Of a stretch of 64,000 nt of DNA, positions 59,653 through 64,000 are shown in pieces. The first letter of the stretch is position 1. Each line of letters begins with the position of its first letter. Below the pieces are notes generated by a model. That model ran no database searches. It worked only from the letters and a program-made list of their open reading frames with translations, and was not told the origin of the DNA. This DNA is from a bacterium. Lineage in GTDB: Bacteria > Fidelibacterota > Marinisomatia > Marinisomatales > UBA1611. The stretch spans positions 54,563 through 118,562 of the forward strand of contig SGYO01000001.1 in NCBI GenBank assembly GCA_004321745.1, given 5' to 3'. Position numbers and translations under genes: made by a program.

Positions 59653-62600
59653 CTAGCTAGAATGATATTCCTGTATAGATTTTACTTTTATTTTATTTTT
59701 TGTTCGTATTGCATATAATACCGCATCTGCAGCTGAAAGGGTAGTGATGGCCATAATACTTTTTTGAATACAAGCTTTTCCTATAGCTTCTTCATCATAT
59801 CTAGATTGCGCACCCAGCGGTGTATTAATTACAAGATCTATTTCATTATTTTTAATACGATCAACTATGTTTGGCCTTCCCTCTCCTACCTTATACACCG
59901 TCTCTGCTGACATGCCATTTTTAATTAGTTCTTTAGCGGTACCTTCTGTTGCAACAATATTAAAACCAAGTTCTTTAAATGCCCTAGCAATAGAAATTAT
60001 TTTAAATTTATCTTCATTATTAACAGAAATAAAGACCAAGCCGGATTCAGGCAATTTTATACCAGCACTAAGTGTTGCCTTATAAAAAGAAAGCCCAAAA
60101 TTTTCAGAGATTCCCATTACTTCTCCAGTTGATTTCATTTCCGGACTTAAAAAAATTGATTCTGTAGGGAATTTATTAAAAGGCAGTACAGCTTCTTTTA
60201 TTGAAACGTGATTTATACTGTCCCACCTTGGTAGGTTATAATTTATTAATTTTTGACCAACAGATAATTGAGCAGCAATTTTTGCTAAGGGCACATTAGT
60301 GGATTTACTAACAAATGGGGTTGTTCTACTTGCTCGAGGATTTACCTCGAGCACATACAACATATCATCTTTATATGCGAACTGTATATTGATGAGCCCG
60401 ATAACATTTAATTCAATTGCAAGCATAGTTGTTATTTCTTCAATTTCAATCATTGTACTGGATTTAATCTGATATGGCGGCAAAACACAAGCAGAGTCAC
60501 CAGAATGAATTCCAGCTTCCTCAATGTGTTGCATTACTGCACCAATATAAACTTCTTCTCCATCGCAAAGAGCATCGACATCAAACTCAAAAGCATTCTC
60601 TAAAAACTGATCAATTAAGATTGGATGGCCCTTAGTAACATCAGCTGACCTAGATATATAATCAATTAGCTGATCTTGAGAATAAACAATTTCCATAGCT
60701 CTGCCTCCAAGAACATAGCTTGGTCTGGCAAGCACAGGATATCCTATATTATCAGCGACAGCGACGACTTCATCTAAACTCTTGCCTGTTCCAAAAGTAG
60801 GACATGCAATGTTTAAATTTTTTAAAATTTTCCCAAACTTTTCTCTGTCTTCTGCTACATCAATATTTACTGGAGAAGTCCCAATAATTGGCGCACCAGA
60901 ATTAGAAAGCTGATTAGAAATTTTTAATGGAGTTTGTCCACCAAACTGAACAAGAACCCCTTCGGGTTTTTCAAAATCAATAATGTTCATTACATCCTCA
61001 TAGGTGACCGGCTCAAAATAAAGACGATCAACCAAATCAAAATCAGTACTAACAGTTTCAGGGTTACAATTAATCATAATAGTTTTATAGCCTAATTCTT
61101 TCAGTCCAAAAACTGCCTGAACGCAACAATAATCAAACTCTATTCCTTGCCCTATCCTATTTGGCCCACCTCCAAGAATGATTACTTTTTTACCTTGGAT
61201 AGGTTCAATTTCATTTTCATAGTCATATGTAGAATAACAATAAGGTGTTTTTGCTTCAAACTCAGCTGAACATGTATCGACCAATTTATATGAGGGTAAA
61301 ATATTTTCTTTGATTCTTGTTTTCCTAATTTTTTCTGCGCTTGTACGAGCATTTCTAGCTATTTGTGCATCTGAGAAACCTTTACTTTTTAATTGATATA
61401 GTGTTTCTTCATAATCTTGTTCAGATAACATTTTTATTTGATTTAAAAACCATATGTCAATCTTTGTGATTTCAAAGACTTCTTCAATCGTTTTTCCTGA
61501 TAAAAAAGCTTCCCTTATTTTTAGTAGTCTAAATGAGGTTGCAAATCTTAAACTTGTCAAATCAAAAGATCGTGCCCTGATTAAGTCTGGATCCTCCTCA
61601 AATGCCCATTTAGGCTCTAGCCCATCAACTCCCACTTCTAAAGATCTAAATGCTTTTTGAAGCGACTCTCTAAATGTCCTACCGATAGCCATTACCTCTC
61701 CAACACTTTGCATTTGGACACCTAAATGACCAGATGCAGAGGGAAATTTTTCAAAATCAAATCGAGGTACTTTAGTCACTATATAATCTATTGTTGGCTC
61801 AAAGGCTGCCAAAGTCTTTCCAGTGATATCATTTGGCAGCTCATCTAAGGTGTAGCCAACCGCAAGCTTTGCAGCAACTTTTGCAATGGGGAACCCTGTA
61901 GCTTTAGAGGCAAGGGCAGACGACCTACTTACCCTAGGATTCATTTCAATAATAATCATTCTACCACTTGCTGAGTCTACAGCAAATTGAACGTTTGACC
62001 CTCCTGTTTCTACACCGATAGTTCGTAAACATTTAATTGCCCAATTACGCATTTTTTGAAATTCTTTATCAGATAAAGTCATCGCAGGCGCTACTGTGAT
62101 AGAGTCTCCAGTATGAACACCCATAGGATCAATATTTTCAATAGAACAAATGATTATAACGTTATCAGATTTATCTCTAACAACTTCTAATTCATATTCT
62201 TTCCACCCAATTAAAGACTCTTCAATTAAAATTTCGCTAATAGGACTAGAAGCCAAACCATTTTCAACAAGATCTTGAAATTCTTCAAAATTATAAGCTA
62301 CTGAACCACCCGTTCCTCCTAAAGTAAAAGAAGGCCTTATGATTACTGGAAAATTAATTGTATCAATTAGCTCTTTAGCTTCATTCCATGAGTAAACAAA
62401 GTTACCAAGAGCAGTATCAATTGAGACTTCATCCATTGCTTCTTTAAATTTTTCTCTATCTTCCGCTTTTTGAATTGAACTGACTTGAGCTCCAAGTAAC
62501 TCAACTCCGTATTTTTTAAGAACACCTTTTTCATAAAGTTCAATCGCCTGGTTTAATGCAGTTTGGCCTCCAACTGTAGGTAGTAATGCATCAGGTTTTT

Positions 62601-62841
62601 CTTTTTTTATTATTTCAGTTATATATTCAGAGGATATAGGCTCAATGTATGTGCTATCTGCAATGTCAGGGTCCGTCATGATTGTTGCCGGATTAGAATT
62701 GACTAAAATAATTCTATAACCTTCTTCTTTAAGAGCTTTAGCAGCTTGAGTTCCAGAATAATCAAACTCACAAGCTTGCCCAATGATAATTGGCCCAGCA
62801 CCTATGATTAAAATAGAATTAATGTCTGTTCTTTTAGGCAT
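59653..62841 (-). CDS. carB: Carbamoyl-phosphate synthase large subunit
   Basis: [17 protein letters not shown], duplicated ATP-grasp domains, C-terminal MGS domain. Confidence 0.99.
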   Translation of the reverse strand: MPKRTDINSILIIGAGPIIIGQACEFDYSGTQAAKALKEEGYRIILVNSNPATIMTDPDIADSTYIEPISSEYITEIIKKEKPDALLPTVGGQTALNQAIELYEKGVLKKYGVELLGAQVSSIQKAEDREKFKEAMDEVSIDTALGNFVYSWNEAKELIDTINFPVIIRPSFTLGGTGGSVAYNFEEFQDLVENGLASSPISEILIEESLIGWKEYELEVVRDKSDNVIIICSIENIDPMGVHTGDSITVAPAMTLSDKEFQKMRNWAIKCLRTIGVETGGSNVQFAVDSASGRMIIIEMNPRVSRSSALASKATGFPIAKVAAKLAVGYTLDELPNDITGKTLAAFEPTIDYIVTKVPRFDFEKFPSASGHLGVQMQSVGEVMAIGRTFRESLQKAFRSLEVGVDGLEPKWAFEEDPDLIRARSFDLTSLRFATSFRLLKIREAFLSGKTIEEVFEITKIDIWFLNQIKMLSEQDYEETLYQLKSKGFSDAQIARNARTSAEKIRKTRIKENILPSYKLVDTCSAEFEAKTPYCYSTYDYENEIEPIQGKKVIILGGGPNRIGQGIEFDYCCVQAVFGLKELGYKTIMINCNPETVSTDFDLVDRLYFEPVTYEDVMNIIDFEKPEGVLVQFGGQTPLKISNQLSNSGAPIIGTSPVNIDVAEDREKFGKILKNLNIACPTFGTGKSLDEVVAVADNIGYPVLARPSYVLGGRAMEIVYSQDQLIDYISRSADVTKGHPILIDQFLENAFEFDVDALCDGEEVYIGAVMQHIEEAGIHSGDSACVLPPYQIKSSTMIEIEEITTMLAIELNVIGLINIQFAYKDDMLYVLEVNPRASRTTPFVSKSTNVPLAKIAAQLSVGQKLINYNLPRWDSINHVSIKEAVLPFNKFPTESIFLSPEMKSTGEVMGISENFGLSFYKATLSAGIKLPESGLVFISVNNEDKFKIISIARAFKELGFNIVATEGTAKELIKNGMSAETVYKVGEGRPNIVDRIKNNEIDLVINTPLGAQSRYDEEAIGKACIQKSIMAITTLSAADAVLYAIRTKNKIKVKSIQEYHSS

Positions 62842-63916
62842 TCATTAGCCCAACAAATTTCTCAAATAAATAACGACTATCATGTGGTCCAGGACTTGAT
62901 TCTGGATGGTATTGGACAGAAAATGCAGAATATTCTGGACAATCAATGCCAGCATTAGTGTTATCATTTAAGTTAATATGTGTTTCAATAACATTTGAGG
63001 GCAAACTATTACCATCAACAGCGAAACCATGATTCTGGCTTGTAATTTCAACTGAATTAGAATCTATATTTTTTACAGGATGATTTATTCCTCTATGCCC
63101 GAATTTTAATTTAAAAGTTTTAGCATTTAATGAAAGGGCAAGAATTTGATGCCCCAAACAAATACCAAATATTGGTTTTACCCCTAAAAGTGTTTTTACT
63201 GTTTCAATTGCATAACTAACTGCAGCAGGATCCCCAGGCCCATTTGATAAAAATATACCATCAGGATTTAGATCTAGTATTTTTTCTGCACTTGTATTTG
63301 CAGGTAGTACCGTAACACAGCAATCTAATTTTTGAAATATGTTTAAAATGTTCTTTTTGACTCCAAAGTCAAGCACAACAACTTTTTTCGCTCCTTTTTT
63401 TGAAAATATGTATTCATTTTTTGTTGAGACAATCTTCGCAAGATCCATTCCCTCCATTGAAGGATATTTATTTAGCTCCTCCTTTAAAACACTTTCGTTG
63501 TAATCTTCTGAACAGATAACACCATTCATCGCTCCATGGTTTCGTAAATGTACAGTTAATGATCTAGTATCAATATCTTTTATACCAACAATATTTTCAC
63601 TTCTTAAATATTCTCCAATTGAAGTTTGAGATCTCCAATTTGATGGTAGAATCGATTCTTCTTTTATGACAAAACCGGAGGCCTGTATATTATTAGATTC
63701 TACATCTTCATCATTAATTCCATAATTACCAATGTGCGGAGTAGTCATGGTAACTATTTGCCTTGCATATGATGGGTCGGTTAAAATTTCCTGGTAGCCG
63801 GTCATACCGGTATTAAAACAAACTTCTCCAAATGTTTTTCCTATTGCCCCAAATGCCCTTCCTAAGAACATAGCTCCATCCTCAAGCATTAGAATAGCAG
63901 GTAAATTTTTTGACAT
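62834..63916 (-). CDS. carA: Carbamoyl-phosphate synthase small subunit
   Basis: [29 protein letters not shown]. Confidence 0.99.
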   Translation of the reverse strand: MSKNLPAILMLEDGAMFLGRAFGAIGKTFGEVCFNTGMTGYQEILTDPSYARQIVTMTTPHIGNYGINDEDVESNNIQASGFVIKEESILPSNWRSQTSIGEYLRSENIVGIKDIDTRSLTVHLRNHGAMNGVICSEDYNESVLKEELNKYPSMEGMDLAKIVSTKNEYIFSKKGAKKVVVLDFGVKKNILNIFQKLDCCVTVLPANTSAEKILDLNPDGIFLSNGPGDPAAVSYAIETVKTLLGVKPIFGICLGHQILALSLNAKTFKLKFGHRGINHPVKNIDSNSVEITSQNHGFAVDGNSLPSNVIETHINLNDNTNAGIDCPEYSAFSVQYHPESSPGPHDSRYLFEKFVGLMNA

Positions 63917-63942
63917 ATAAGCTAAATATTTTTATAATAGAT

Positions 63943-63977
63943 AAAAAAAACGGCCATTCAAAATATGAATGACCGTT
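63943..63977 (-). terminator. Intrinsic terminator just upstream of carA
   Basis: Minus-strand AACGGUCAUUCA-UAUUU-UGAAUGGCCGUU, whose 3' end runs into an 8-U tract. Confidence 0.75.
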
Positions 63978-64000
63978 CAATTATGAACTCAGAACATTAT

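Noticed and set aside
24639-61660. Many 60-140 aa track ORFs antisense to or nested in tgt, radA, hslU, pyrG, tolC, carB and others
   Set aside because: They overlap well-conserved genes and have no motifs; these are typical shadow ORFs.

Overview
AT-rich (roughly 30-33% GC by eye), gene-dense window from a diderm, LPS-producing marine heterotroph. Gene content and style suggest the FCB group, most plausibly Marinimicrobia/SAR406 (inference). Most of it is housekeeping: kdsB-pyrG-kdsA-kdsC-lptC-lptB-rpoN-hflKC-hslVU-argF, carAB, radA-tgt, lpxH, manC, tRNA-Asn. It also holds a MacAB-TolC-type exporter, many peptidases, a TetR / TonB-receptor / HmuY-like / YbaN heme-uptake cluster, and a large secreted lamin-tail-domain protein at the left edge that the ORF track misses. 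The main result is two genes broken by a single in-frame UGA, each followed at the right spacing by a bacterial SECIS-like hairpin. (1) A BCP/PrxQ peroxiredoxin with UGA exactly at the peroxidatic Cys (TPG-U-T, 23332-23787). (2) A 415-aa lipoprotein with a thioredoxin-like fold and an unusual C-T-U motif (53017-54264); the track splits it into two hypothetical ORFs, and it is a candidate unannotated exported selenoprotein family. Other oddities: a sulfatase remnant with a large internal deletion, a sodium:solute symporter with a double-psi-barrel-like C-terminal tail, and a degenerate AMP-binding protein. No CRISPR, rRNA or mobile element was seen. All calls come from reading motifs; no database searches were run.
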